Source: an uncultured archaeon
GTDB lineage: Archaea > Asgardarchaeota > Lokiarchaeia > Sigyniarchaeales > SOKP01
DNA: 38,046 nt
NCBI GenBank assembly: GCA_964583985.1
Contig: CAZOYD010000032.1
Span: 1 to 38,046, forward strand
Direction: 5' to 3'
Positions within the stretch are counted from its first letter, which is position 1, and the number at the start of each line of letters is the position of its first letter. The notes under the pieces were generated by a model, which was given only the letters and a program-made list of their open reading frames with translations, was not told the origin of the DNA and did no database searches. Made by a program: the position numbers and the translations under genes. Of this stretch, positions 8,072-18,511 are shown in pieces.

Positions 8072-9124
8072 ATGAATAATTATCCAATAAAATTGAATAA
8101 CAATTTTAAAAAAGAGAATATAATGCTGGAACCAATTGAAAGTGGGAAAATAACATTAAAAGTATTAACTAGTAATGATGTGAGTATTACAAAATTAACG
8201 GAAGATCGATTTAATGGGAAGGTTATTCAACCCGGAAAAAGTGTAAATAGAGCACTTGCAGAACATGGATTTGCAATGAGTATACAAGTGCAAGAAGATG
8301 ATGCAAGTCATCTTTTTTTGTTAGATACGGGAGGATTAACTCAGGCAATCATAGAAAATTGTAAACAATTTGGTATCGATCTAAAGGGTGTAGAGAAATT
8401 AATATTAAGTCATGGACATTTTGATCATTTTGGGGGTTTGCCCAGTGTAATACCTGCACTTAGTAAGGGAACGCAGTTTTATTTAAACCCAGACTGTTAC
8501 CAACAATTTTTTGCGGCAATAACTGACTCTGGAGATGATTTACCAGTAGAAGATTTAACCACAACAGTTAAACGACTTGAAAAAGAAGGAAAAATGAAAT
8601 TAAGTGGAAAATTGCCCTTATTTAGTAAAAGTTTAGTCCAAAATCTAGCAAGTGAACATTCCATTGAAGTAATTGAAACAAAAAATCCCGTTCAATTATA
8701 TAAGGGGATAACAACAAGTGGGGAAATTGAATTATTTGATAAGGATGAATTAACAAAAGGCATGTATATAATGAAAAACAGAAAAGAATTTGAAAACCAT
8801 ACTTTTAGGGATGAAACTTCAATTTACTTCAATATCAAGGATAAAGGATTAGTTGTTTTGACAGGTTGCGGTCACTGTGGAATTGCAAATACTATCAAAC
8901 ATGGTCAAAAATTAACAGGTATAGATAAAATTTATGCCGTGATTGGAGGATTTCATGAAGAATGGAATCCAATTGAAAAAGTCCAAGAAAAAGTAAAATA
9001 TTTCGAAGATCTAAACCCAGAAATCATATGTGGAATGCATTGTACTGGTTTTAATTTTAATCAACTAATGGCTTATCATCCTTCTCATACATTAGGGATG
9101 GTAGGTACGGAATTTCATCTTTAA
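8072..9124 (+). CDS. MBL-fold metallohydrolase (COG1237 / DHPS-like group)
   Basis: AEHGFAM, LLDTG, LSHGHFDHFGG, GLVVLTGCGHCG, VIGGFH and MHCTG. The likely start is ATG 8123. Confidence 0.88.
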   Translation: MNNYPIKLNNNFKKENIMLEPIESGKITLKVLTSNDVSITKLTEDRFNGKVIQPGKSVNRALAEHGFAMSIQVQEDDASHLFLLDTGGLTQAIIENCKQFGIDLKGVEKLILSHGHFDHFGGLPSVIPALSKGTQFYLNPDCYQQFFAAITDSGDDLPVEDLTTTVKRLEKEGKMKLSGKLPLFSKSLVQNLASEHSIEVIETKNPVQLYKGITTSGEIELFDKDELTKGMYIMKNRKEFENHTFRDETSIYFNIKDKGLVVLTGCGHCGIANTIKHGQKLTGIDKIYAVIGGFHEEWNPIEKVQEKVKYFEDLNPEIICGMHCTGFNFNQLMAYHPSHTLGMVGTEFHL

Positions 9125-9221
9125 ATTTTTTTTTAATTATTTCCTTATAGATAAATTGTTAATGAGAATCAATACTATTGATTTAATGGAGTATAAAAAA
9201 AATTAAAATAAGTTAGAATTA

Positions 9222-10994
9222 CTAATCTTCCATTTGTCTCAATTCTCTACGTAAAATTTTACCGATTAGGGTTTTCGGAAGTTCTTCAATTATTTCGATG
9301 ATTCGGGGATATTTATAAGGGCTAATATTTGATTTACACCATTCCATTAAATCCTCTTTGGTGATCTTGCCTTGATAGTCTTCCTTTATGGATACGTAAG
9401 CTTTAATGGTTTCGCCGGTACCTTCGGGATGGGGCACCCCAATCACGCCAACTTCTCTAATGGCATCATTTTGGTACATTAAATTTTCTACTTCCGCGGG
9501 AAAAACGCCATGACCCTTATATTTTATCATGTCGCGCTTTCGGTCTTTTATCATGACATAACCGTCCTTGTCGATGCAGCCGATATCAGCGGTATATAAC
9601 CATGTTCTTCCTTGATCGTCCTTTCTGAGAGCATATTTACTCTCCTCTTCTTTTCCTAAATATCCCGGCGTGATCTGAGGTCCATGAGCGCAAATTTCTC
9701 CAAAATATTCGGGATTGTCAGTGCTTTCATCATCAGGGCATTGAGGGATGAGCGTCTTACCATCATTTATATCAACGATTTTCACTAACGTATCGGATAA
9801 GGGAAAACCCACCGTGTTGACCTTATAATCATGGAAAGGACCACAGCATAGATTTGGACTCGTTTCACTTAACCCGTATCCTTCGATAATAAGAGCTCCT
9901 GTGATATCTTCAAATTTTCTCTTGACTTCCTCTGGTAGCGAAGCGCCTCCGCTGACACATGCTTTTAAAGTGGTTAATTCCCCTTTATATTTTACAGAGT
10001 CGGGATCTTGGTTAATTAAATTCCAGAGAGTAGGGACTCCAGGGATAAAAGTTGCTCCTTCTTTCATTAAAAGCTCCAAAATTTTCGATTTTTTCTCAGG
10101 AGGTTGGGCGAATAGGATTAATTTGTACCCAACCGAGATTCCAAGACTCATGCCCGTCGAAATGCCAAATACGTGAGCAAAAGGAACTACGAGACCAATC
10201 CCTCCCTTACCATGTAATTCTTTGGTTTCAGGTAATTGATTTTCTATCCACGTGAGTCCTTGTTCTGCGTTTGCTGACATATTAAAGTGAGTCAACATTA
10301 CACCTTTCGGGATGCCGGTAGTTCCACCTGTATAAATCAAAGTGGCAACGTCCTTTTTCGGATCAATCTTGATTTCGGGTAGTTCTATTGGGGTTCCATT
10401 TGATAGGATGTCTTGAAATCCGAAAAAGTCTACATTGCCTACTTTAGTGGGCCACTTCTTCATCCTTGGAACTTTTCCTATGGCTTTTCCCAGCACTGCC
10501 TTAATTTTAGGTAAATATTCTCCCACTCCCGTTAGAATGATATGTTTTAAAGTGGGCATTTTACTCAAATCTTTGTCATGCAGATGCTCTTCGTATAAAA
10601 CGTCAAGAATAATCAGCGCTACGCTTTCTGAGTCATTTATCTGATGCACAATCTCAACAAAACGATGGAGAGGGATGATTGGGTTGGCTGTTGCTCCAAG
10701 GCGCTGCAACGCATAAAATGCGATAACAAATTGAGGGACATTAGGTAAATCGATTCCAACAATGTCTCCTTTTTTAATACCTAATTTTGAGAATCCTGTT
10801 GCAAATTGATCTACTAACCCATCCAATTCTTCATAAGTTAGTCGAATACCTTCAAAAAAAATAGCTTGCGAATTAGGATATTGCTTAGTAACATTTCGAA
10901 GGATATCGCCTAAGGCGATTTCTTTATAATCAATATGTTTGGGTACATTTTCAGGCCAGAATTTGTACCATGGAGTAGGGATTTCATCATTCAT
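9222..10994 (-). CDS. fadD: Long-chain fatty acid-CoA ligase (AMP-binding)
   Basis: YTGGTTGIPKG, EGYGLSETSP, LYTADIG, DRKRDMI and PKTLIGK. Confidence 0.9.
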   Translation of the reverse strand: MNDEIPTPWYKFWPENVPKHIDYKEIALGDILRNVTKQYPNSQAIFFEGIRLTYEELDGLVDQFATGFSKLGIKKGDIVGIDLPNVPQFVIAFYALQRLGATANPIIPLHRFVEIVHQINDSESVALIILDVLYEEHLHDKDLSKMPTLKHIILTGVGEYLPKIKAVLGKAIGKVPRMKKWPTKVGNVDFFGFQDILSNGTPIELPEIKIDPKKDVATLIYTGGTTGIPKGVMLTHFNMSANAEQGLTWIENQLPETKELHGKGGIGLVVPFAHVFGISTGMSLGISVGYKLILFAQPPEKKSKILELLMKEGATFIPGVPTLWNLINQDPDSVKYKGELTTLKACVSGGASLPEEVKRKFEDITGALIIEGYGLSETSPNLCCGPFHDYKVNTVGFPLSDTLVKIVDINDGKTLIPQCPDDESTDNPEYFGEICAHGPQITPGYLGKEEESKYALRKDDQGRTWLYTADIGCIDKDGYVMIKDRKRDMIKYKGHGVFPAEVENLMYQNDAIREVGVIGVPHPEGTGETIKAYVSIKEDYQGKITKEDLMEWCKSNISPYKYPRIIEIIEELPKTLIGKILRRELRQMED

Positions 10995-11266
10995 TTTTTT
11001 TACCTTCTTTTTTTCAGTATAAATAATCTATATTGTTTTGAATAAGTATTTAAAAGTTATTTGTAAAAGAGCGAATTATCAAAATCTAAGAAGATATAAA
11101 ATTTCTTTTTTGTATTCTTTATCAATTATTTATTCTTATTTCGATTCGATATAAGATCAAAATATTCAATATCCATTTTCATATTAAAACTTTATAACTA
11201 ATTCCATCAATTATATTACTTAACATATTATTTAATCCAAATAAAAAAATTGAAAATGATTTAAAA

Positions 11267-12979
11267 ATGACAAGTCCTTATGAAAATCGGTTCTGGATGA
11301 AAAATTGGGATCCAGATGTAAAAGATCTTGATCCTAAGGAGTTTGAAACCACGTATCCTGAAATGTTAAGAAAAGTATTCGATAAATATCCAGATCTCAT
11401 GGCCCTTTCGTATCAAGGTTTAGAAATCACATTTAATCAAGTAGATAAGTATTCTAATCAATTTGCAAACATGCTTATTAAAAATGGGTTTAAGAAAGGG
11501 GATGCCGTTGGAATTAATTTAGCCAATATTCCAGAGTATGTATATTCAGTTGTGGGTACGCTCAAAGCAGGGTGCATTGTTTCAGGAGTAAGTCCTTTAA
11601 TGTCTGACATTCAAATGCAATATCAATTGGACGATCTTGGAAAGGGAGGGAAGCAAGTCGCATTGGTAACACTTGATGCTATTTTCGAGCATCGATTGAA
11701 AAAGATAGCACCTACATTACCTCAACTTAAAATCGTGGTCGTAACAAGCGTTATAGGTTCATTTCCAAAAGAGCAACAAGAAAAAATTAAAGCCGTACAA
11801 GATATTCCTTCTGGAGAAGTCACTCCTCTTGAGGGGAAAATAGTATACAATTTTCAAGACGATGTTTTGAAAAAATTTTCTGATGAAATACCTAAAGTGG
11901 ATGTTTCTCCAGATGATATTGGTTGGATTCAATATACCGGGGGAACAACAGGACCACCTAAGGGTGCGATGCTTACCCATAGGAACTGCGTATCAAACAT
12001 AAAATGTATCCGAGCATGGCTTCAATGGAAAGAAGGAGACGGAATGCTTCTCTCAGGTTTCCCAATGTTTCATATCGCAGGTTTAACGGTAGCTGAAAGT
12101 GCCGTTGCCTTAGGATGGGGACAAATCCTTATAGCTAATCCTAGAGATGCATTACACATATGTAATCAGATAAAAACATACAATCCTACCGTTCTCGTAA
12201 ATGTTCCATCATTATATCAAATTTTAATTAATTTTAAGAAATTCAAACGATTAGATCATAGTAAATTAAGAATGTGTATTTCTGCAGCCTCTCCATTTCC
12301 AAAAGAGTCTCAAGAAAAACTTGAGGAGATAATCGGCAAAGGAAGATTACTCGAACTCTATGGAATGACAGAATTATCGCCTGTTGCAACAATGAACCCT
12401 TCGATTGGCAAGAAAATACTGGGAAAAGTTGGATTACCAATTCAAAATGTCAAATTGAAAATAGTTGATTCGGACACGGGTGAAGAAGTACCATTGGGAG
12501 AACCTGGTGAAATCTGCGTTGCTGGACCATTAGTTATGCAAGGATATTACAATAAGCCTGAAGAAACAGCGAAAGCAGTAGATAAAAATGGGTACATGCA
12601 TACCGGTGATGTGGGATTAATGGATGAAGAAGGTTATGTCCAGATTGTTGATCGAACAAAAGATATGATTATTGTAGGGGGATTCAAGGTCTTCAGCGCG
12701 AAGGTTGAGGATTCTCTATCCCAACATCCAGCAGTTGGCATGATCGCATTGGTTGGTGAGCCGAATCCAGATCGTCCAGGTTCTGAAATCGTAAATGCTT
12801 ACATTCAATTAGATCCCGAATTTGTATATGATGGCAATGAAGAAGCATTGAAAGAAGATATCATTAATTTTGCCAAGGAAAATTGTGCAGCCTATGAAGT
12901 TCCGAAGAAAATACACATTATGGAAGATATCCCGCTCACAGTTATTGGAAAAGTAGACAAGAAGGCTTTAAGAAAATAA
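11267..12979 (+). CDS. fadD: Long-chain fatty acid-CoA ligase (AMP-binding)
   Basis: YTGGTTGPPKG, YGMTE, MHTGDVG, DRTKDMI and PLTVIGK. Confidence 0.9.
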   Translation: MTSPYENRFWMKNWDPDVKDLDPKEFETTYPEMLRKVFDKYPDLMALSYQGLEITFNQVDKYSNQFANMLIKNGFKKGDAVGINLANIPEYVYSVVGTLKAGCIVSGVSPLMSDIQMQYQLDDLGKGGKQVALVTLDAIFEHRLKKIAPTLPQLKIVVVTSVIGSFPKEQQEKIKAVQDIPSGEVTPLEGKIVYNFQDDVLKKFSDEIPKVDVSPDDIGWIQYTGGTTGPPKGAMLTHRNCVSNIKCIRAWLQWKEGDGMLLSGFPMFHIAGLTVAESAVALGWGQILIANPRDALHICNQIKTYNPTVLVNVPSLYQILINFKKFKRLDHSKLRMCISAASPFPKESQEKLEEIIGKGRLLELYGMTELSPVATMNPSIGKKILGKVGLPIQNVKLKIVDSDTGEEVPLGEPGEICVAGPLVMQGYYNKPEETAKAVDKNGYMHTGDVGLMDEEGYVQIVDRTKDMIIVGGFKVFSAKVEDSLSQHPAVGMIALVGEPNPDRPGSEIVNAYIQLDPEFVYDGNEEALKEDIINFAKENCAAYEVPKKIHIMEDIPLTVIGKVDKKALRK

Positions 12980-13044
12980 ATTTTTATTTTTTTTATTTTA
13001 TTTGATTTTAAAGTTAAATTATTTTATTGAAATCTATTTTCCCC

Positions 13045-13545
13045 TTATTTTTGTCCCAAAGTTTTACTTACTCTTGCCATGGGACATTTTTCCTTATTAG
13101 TACAATTAGGACATAATGATAAAAAAGACAAGAGGAAATGAGTAAAAAATAAACCAAGTAAAATTAGAACAATAATCAAAAGAGTATCATTCCAATATAA
13201 AATTATTAGAGAAATAAATCCTAAACAATAATATAATAAGCCAAATATCCCTACTAAAATTGCACTTATTGCTATCGTTTTTTTGCTATATTCATTTTTT
13301 TTAAATACAATTTTTGATAAAAAGGGCATAAAATATAGTTGTAAAACTCCAGGACACACTTTATTTTGAAAAGGACATTGTGAACAAATAATTCCACCAG
13401 AAAAATTTGTTATTATCCAAAATGAAATGAATAAAACTAAAATTACAATCGATCTCAATGCTAATAAAATGATAATTCCCACAAAAGCAATTACAACAGA
13501 GATTGTGGAAATTAGTAACCTAAATATTAAATTTTGGGAAAACAT
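13045..13545 (-). CDS. Hypothetical membrane protein (about 4 TM) with two Cys clusters
   Basis: Hydrophobic segments; CSQCPFQNKVCP and CPNCTNKEKCP motifs. Confidence 0.7.
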   Translation of the reverse strand: MFSQNLIFRLLISTISVVIAFVGIIILLALRSIVILVLFISFWIITNFSGGIICSQCPFQNKVCPGVLQLYFMPFLSKIVFKKNEYSKKTIAISAILVGIFGLLYYCLGFISLIILYWNDTLLIIVLILLGLFFTHFLLSFLSLCPNCTNKEKCPMARVSKTLGQK

Positions 13546-13741
13546 CAGATATAATATTAAAAGAGTTAATTAATATAATTATCAAAAAAAATATTGTTTA
13601 TAAATCTTAAATTTGGAATTTCGGAAATATTAATTTCTATTTTTATAAATTTATTAATAAATTTCAGCCAAAATCAAACTTTTTATTAGAAAGAAATAAA
13701 ATATAGTATAACACGATTTTTAAAATCGTATATAATATAAC

Positions 13742-15475
13742 ATGAAATCAGTGAATAAAATGTCGTATAGTAGTAGATTTTGGAAAGAAAAATCCTATGA
13801 TAAGGGTATTGATGATCTCGATTCAAAAGAATTTGAGATCTCCTATCCCGAATTGATAAGAAGCACCTTTGAGAAATTACCCGATAAAGTCGCGATGGCA
13901 TATTATGGGACTGAAATTAATTATGCGAATTTAGATAAACTTTCAAATGAATTTGCAAACATGCTGATAGAACATAGATTCAAAAAGGGAGATGTTATCG
14001 GTGTTAATACTGCTAACATCCCTGAATATGTAATTGCAGTCCTTGGAGCTTTAAAAATTGGAATGATAGTTTCTGGCGTTTCTCCTCTCTTATCGGCTGT
14101 ACAAATTCAATATCAGTTGAATGATCTCGGATCTGGTGGCAAGCAAGTTGCCTTACTCACGCTTGATGCAGTTTTTGCAGGACACATTACCAAGATAGCT
14201 TCAAAACTACCATCACTAAAGCTTGTCATAACAACAAGCGTAGCAGGATTCATGCCAAAATTTTTAGGTATTATGGGTAAATTACTAAAAAAGATTCCTA
14301 AAGGAAAGGTTACTCCCCTTGAAGGGAAGACAGTTCTTGAATATCATAAAGATGTGAAAGGGAAATATGCTGATACTTTACCAGATATTAAATTTAATGC
14401 TGATGATATTGCCTTTATTCAATATACTGGAGGAACCACGGGTCCCCCTAAAGGAGCAATCTTAACACATCGAAACTTTGTCAGTGATGTAAAAATATTT
14501 CAACATTGGCTAAGTTGGGAATTTGGGAGTGGGACCGGATTATCTGGATTTCCATTCTTTCACATAGCAGGATTATTTACATGTGCTAACGTTCTCATGT
14601 TGGGGTACACGCAAGTATTAATACCAAATCCACGTGATACGGGTCATATTATTAAGGAAATGTTGAAATATAGACCTAACATCTTAGCAAATGTACCTAC
14701 TTTATATCAGATGCTTTTAAAAGATCCTAAATTTGCTAAAGTCGATAAAGATATGCTTGATTATGTGGTTTCCGCAGCAGCGCCGTTCCCTAAAGAATCA
14801 CAGGAAATCTTAGAAAGTATTGTAGGAGAAGGTAAGCTTTTAGAAGCCTATGGAATGACGGAGACTTCACCTTTATCTTGTGCAAATCCATCAAAAGGGA
14901 AAAAAAAATTGGGTTCAGTCGGATTGCCCTTGCCTAATGTGAACTTGAAATTAGTCGATCCAGATAGTGGTAAAGATGTACCTTTAGGTCAACCAGGAGA
15001 AATCTGCGTTAAAGGTCCAATGGTAACCACGGGTTATTATAATAAACCAGAAGAAACGAAAAAAGCCATTGATTCGGATGGTTACATGCACACTGGAGAT
15101 ATGGGCATAATGGATGAAGAGGGATATGTCCGTATAGTTGATAGAACGAAAGATATGATAATCGTCGGCGGATACAAAGTATTTTCTGTGAAAGTAGAGG
15201 ATACTCTTACCCAGCATCCTGCTATTGGAGCTGTTGCTACAATCGGTATTCCAAATCCTGATCGGCCCGGTTCTGAAATTGTAAAGGCATATATTCAAAT
15301 CGACCCGAATTTTTCGTTTGATGGAAATAAAGATGCATTAAAGGAAGATATTCTTCAATACGCGAAAGATAATTGTGCACCATATGAAGTGCCGAAAATT
15401 TTAGAATTCACGGAAGAACTTCCGCTAACTTCAGTTGGAAAAGTAGACAAAAAAGCTCTTAGAGCTTCAAAATAA
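13742..15475 (+). CDS. fadD: Long-chain fatty acid-CoA ligase (AMP-binding), paralogue of 11267..12979
   Basis: YTGGTTGPPKG, YGMTETSP, MHTGDMG and PLTSVGK. The likely start is ATG 13760 by alignment with the paralogue. Confidence 0.9.
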   Translation: MKSVNKMSYSSRFWKEKSYDKGIDDLDSKEFEISYPELIRSTFEKLPDKVAMAYYGTEINYANLDKLSNEFANMLIEHRFKKGDVIGVNTANIPEYVIAVLGALKIGMIVSGVSPLLSAVQIQYQLNDLGSGGKQVALLTLDAVFAGHITKIASKLPSLKLVITTSVAGFMPKFLGIMGKLLKKIPKGKVTPLEGKTVLEYHKDVKGKYADTLPDIKFNADDIAFIQYTGGTTGPPKGAILTHRNFVSDVKIFQHWLSWEFGSGTGLSGFPFFHIAGLFTCANVLMLGYTQVLIPNPRDTGHIIKEMLKYRPNILANVPTLYQMLLKDPKFAKVDKDMLDYVVSAAAPFPKESQEILESIVGEGKLLEAYGMTETSPLSCANPSKGKKKLGSVGLPLPNVNLKLVDPDSGKDVPLGQPGEICVKGPMVTTGYYNKPEETKKAIDSDGYMHTGDMGIMDEEGYVRIVDRTKDMIIVGGYKVFSVKVEDTLTQHPAIGAVATIGIPNPDRPGSEIVKAYIQIDPNFSFDGNKDALKEDILQYAKDNCAPYEVPKILEFTEELPLTSVGKVDKKALRASK

Positions 15476-15571
15476 TAATTTATATAAAATCCTTTCTTTT
15501 TTTTATTTTATTGGATAAAGATATCTACTTGCTAGAAAGAGTATAAAAAAAAAATTTAAAAATTCATAAAA

Positions 15572-15970
15572 TTAGCCCTTTTGTTTCATCCAGCAATAAA
15601 TGCCCAGAACGAAATATATTGCTACGAGAATAGTAGTGAGCAGTGTGTTTGTAAAAGCCATGGCGGGTAAACTTAAAAGTGCTAATTCGAATGAATTTAT
15701 TATTAGTATCATTAATAACCACATCAATGCTAACTCGAAAAATAATTTGATTTCTTCCCATTCCTTTTTAAAATATGCCATGAGGGAAGCCACTCCAAGA
15801 ACTAAAAGAGTTCCTCCAAATATTCTAAAGTAAACAGGATCATTAAAAGGCCACTGAACTAAACCGTATATATAAATATCGGGAATCACCAAATACAGAA
15901 ACACAAAAACAAAACTTGCAATAACGTCCAAAAGAATTGAAATTTTAGTTAATTTTTGAATTTCAGTCAT
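15572..15970 (-). CDS. Hypothetical 4-TM membrane protein
   Basis: Four hydrophobic helices; WPFNDPVYFRIFGG loop motif. Confidence 0.7.
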   Translation of the reverse strand: MTEIQKLTKISILLDVIASFVFVFLYLVIPDIYIYGLVQWPFNDPVYFRIFGGTLLVLGVASLMAYFKKEWEEIKLFFELALMWLLMILIINSFELALLSLPAMAFTNTLLTTILVAIYFVLGIYCWMKQKG

Positions 15971-16123
15971 TACATTATACCATTTTGTTTTAATTTTGAT
16001 TAAATTACATTAGATTTCAAATTGTAACTAAATTTACAAAAGTGTATAGTTTTTCCATATTAATAAAGATTTCTTACCTCTATTTTTTTAAAGGAAGAAG
16101 AGTCAGATCTCTTGTTAATATAC

Positions 16124-16912
16124 TCACTCCAAATTTTCAGCGACAATTTCAACGATTTTAGGCATTACGTCACCGATTTTCTCATGAATCACTATTTCTG
16201 CATGATCATCCATATCAGTTTCTTGAATGTTGATTATCACCAATTTAGCACCACAAGATAACACTTTACGGGGATAAAATGCTACAGGATAAACTAATAA
16301 AGAACTACCAAGCACGATCAATAAGTCACAATTAGAAATCATCTTATCCGCTTGCTCCAAGGTTTCTGATTGGAGGGGTTCCCCAAAAAATATTGCATTT
16401 GGTTTTAATAATCCTTGACATAGTTCACAAGAAGGACTTTTATTACTCCTAAGAACTTGATCGATCATTTTTGTAATTGGATATACAGTGTGACATCGCA
16501 TACATATTGCTTCATGGGCAGTTCCATGAAGTTCAATAACATTTTTAGTTTTTGCGCGTTTATGTAATCCATCAACGTTTTGTGTGAGTACTCCCTTGAG
16601 TTTGCCTAATTTCTGGAGTTTTGTTAAGGATTTATGCCCTTTATTGGGATTTGATTTGAATATATTCATACCCATTTCTAACATGAACTTCAGGTTTTTT
16701 CCGGTATCCGATACGTAAGAATGAATGCTTGCAAATTCATCAGGATTTACTTTTTCCCATAATCCAGTACCGGGGCTTCTAAAATCGGCTATTCCGCTCT
16801 CGGTACTCATACCCGCACCAGTTAACGCAATAATATTTTCTGAATTGATTATTAATTTGGCAATCTGTTGAATTTTATTCTCTAGATCTTCCATGTAATT
16901 ATCTCTTGTCAT
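16124..16912 (-). CDS. cobB: Sirtuin, NAD-dependent protein deacylase (Sir2 family)
   Basis: GAGMSTESGIADFRS, TQNVDGLH, ELHG, two CxxC zinc motifs, KPNAIFFGE and GSSLLVYP. Confidence 0.93.
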   Translation of the reverse strand: MTRDNYMEDLENKIQQIAKLIINSENIIALTGAGMSTESGIADFRSPGTGLWEKVNPDEFASIHSYVSDTGKNLKFMLEMGMNIFKSNPNKGHKSLTKLQKLGKLKGVLTQNVDGLHKRAKTKNVIELHGTAHEAICMRCHTVYPITKMIDQVLRSNKSPSCELCQGLLKPNAIFFGEPLQSETLEQADKMISNCDLLIVLGSSLLVYPVAFYPRKVLSCGAKLVIINIQETDMDDHAEIVIHEKIGDVMPKIVEIVAENLE

Positions 16913-17089
16913 GAATAAAATTACTTCAATAAATAGAAAAAATATATAATATGTTATTTTTATTATTGATTATAATATTATAATATGTTTAACTATTATA
17001 TAGTATAGTTTATGAGGTAATTATTTCTCACTTCAAAAATCAGAGTAACAAATCACAAAGCATTAAATCATTTTGAATAGAAGGTATAT

Positions 17090-17644
17090 TTGGTAATGTT
17101 AGATCATAAAAAATCATATATTTACAAAATTTGCGTTGTGGGTAACGGTGGGGTTGGAAAAACATCGATGGTTCTTAGATACTGTGAAGATTCGTTTAGA
17201 GAAAATTATCTAATGACTATTGGCTCAAATTTCAGCACTAAAACTGTAGAATTAGAAGATCACCCTCAACTTCAAATTAAATTGCAGTTATGGGATCTTG
17301 CTGGACAGAAACATTTCAGTTTTGTAAGACCACCCTTTTACCGTGGATCCACGGGCATTATTTATGTATTTGATTTATCACGACGATCTTCCTTTGCTGA
17401 TTTACAAGAATGGAGGGTTGAAGTAGAAAAAGTCATTGGTCAAAAGCCTTCTCTTATTGTTGGTAATAAATTAGACCTTGCTCGGCAAGGTAAGCGCGAA
17501 GTTTCTACTCAAGATGGAGAGGCTCTTCGAAATGAATTTAATGCGTTAAAATATTACGAAACAAGCGCAAAAGAAGGGGATTCAGTGGAGATAGTTTTTA
17601 AGGATTTAACACTAGAAATCTTACGAGCCGCGGGAAAAATTTAA
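17090..17644 (+). CDS. Rab-like small GTPase (Ras superfamily)
   Basis: G1 GNGGVGKTS, G2 TIGSNF, G3 WDLAGQ, G4 NKLD, G5 ETSAK; RabF-like KLQLW and FYRGS. Start is TTG 17090 or ATG 17096. Confidence 0.93.
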   Translation: MVMLDHKKSYIYKICVVGNGGVGKTSMVLRYCEDSFRENYLMTIGSNFSTKTVELEDHPQLQIKLQLWDLAGQKHFSFVRPPFYRGSTGIIYVFDLSRRSSFADLQEWRVEVEKVIGQKPSLIVGNKLDLARQGKREVSTQDGEALRNEFNALKYYETSAKEGDSVEIVFKDLTLEILRAAGKI

Positions 17645-17767
17645 AGCATAATACATTATCCCTGATATGCTTGAGTTAATAGACATGTAAAAAAATGTTC
17701 CGTTTTCTTGAAGAAATTAACAATTGAATTGGCTAAATAATATTAAAAATAGGGTAAAAAATTTTTA

Positions 17768-18511
17768 TTAATCTTTCGGTTCTTTCGGTTCTTTCTTTAT
17801 CAGACTCAAGAATTTCTCTATTTCGTCTTTCGAAGCCTCGTGAAATTTGTTATCTTCTGCTTTAATGTACGAGAGTCTAATATTTTCTTTCGTTGGCTCT
17901 TCGTCAATCGATTGTACCAGTGCATTTAATGTCAATTGAATCGCATCATCGAAAGACATGTCTTCCTTATAATTTTCAGTAAGGTATTCTCTTGCTGTTG
18001 CTTCTCCACTGCCTAAAGCATATGCTCTATATGACCGATAAATTCCACTTGGAGATGTCGTGTAAATTTGTGTACCGGCACCATCTATTGCAATAAAAAA
18101 CAGAGCACACCCGAATGGTCTGATTCCTCCGTATTGGGTGTATTGCTGGTTGATATCTGCGATAGTTTTGACCAACATATTCAATCGGACGGGTTCATCA
18201 TAAGTTAAGCGAAAAGATTGGGCTTGAACTCGCGCATAATTAATTAACGCACGTGAATCCGCATGTAAGCCAGAAATTGCGACTCCAATATGTTCATCGA
18301 CTTGGAAAATTTTATCGATTGAATCAGCTTTCATTAGTATTGAGGGAATCTTAATTTGAGCTGCTAAACACACGCAATCATGTGTTTTTACCGCAACGGC
18401 TAGTGTCCCACGCCTTACTGCCTCTAAAGCATATTCAACTTGAAATAATCGTCCTTCAGGTGAGAACACGGTCAATGCCCGATCGTAAGTTCGACCTCCG
18501 CCTCCAAACAT
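17768..18511 (-). CDS. psmA: 20S proteasome alpha subunit
   Basis: YDRALTVFSPEGRLFQVEYALEAV signature, SGLHADSR and YTQYGGIRPFG; SD-like AGGTG upstream. Confidence 0.95.
   Translation of the reverse strand: MFGGGGRTYDRALTVFSPEGRLFQVEYALEAVRRGTLAVAVKTHDCVCLAAQIKIPSILMKADSIDKIFQVDEHIGVAISGLHADSRALINYARVQAQSFRLTYDEPVRLNMLVKTIADINQQYTQYGGIRPFGCALFFIAIDGAGTQIYTTSPSGIYRSYRAYALGSGEATAREYLTENYKEDMSFDDAIQLTLNALVQSIDEEPTKENIRLSYIKAEDNKFHEASKDEIEKFLSLIKKEPKEPKD

Noticed and set aside
16124-16912. Sirtuin as an anti-phage SIR2 NADase (Thoeris/DSR/short pAgo type)
   Set aside because: It has the zinc-binding module and all motifs of housekeeping deacylases, with no defence partners adjacent.
17770-17798. 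9-bp tandem repeat at the psmA 3' end (KEPKEPKD)
   Set aside because: Only about two copies in a low-complexity tail; not meaningful.
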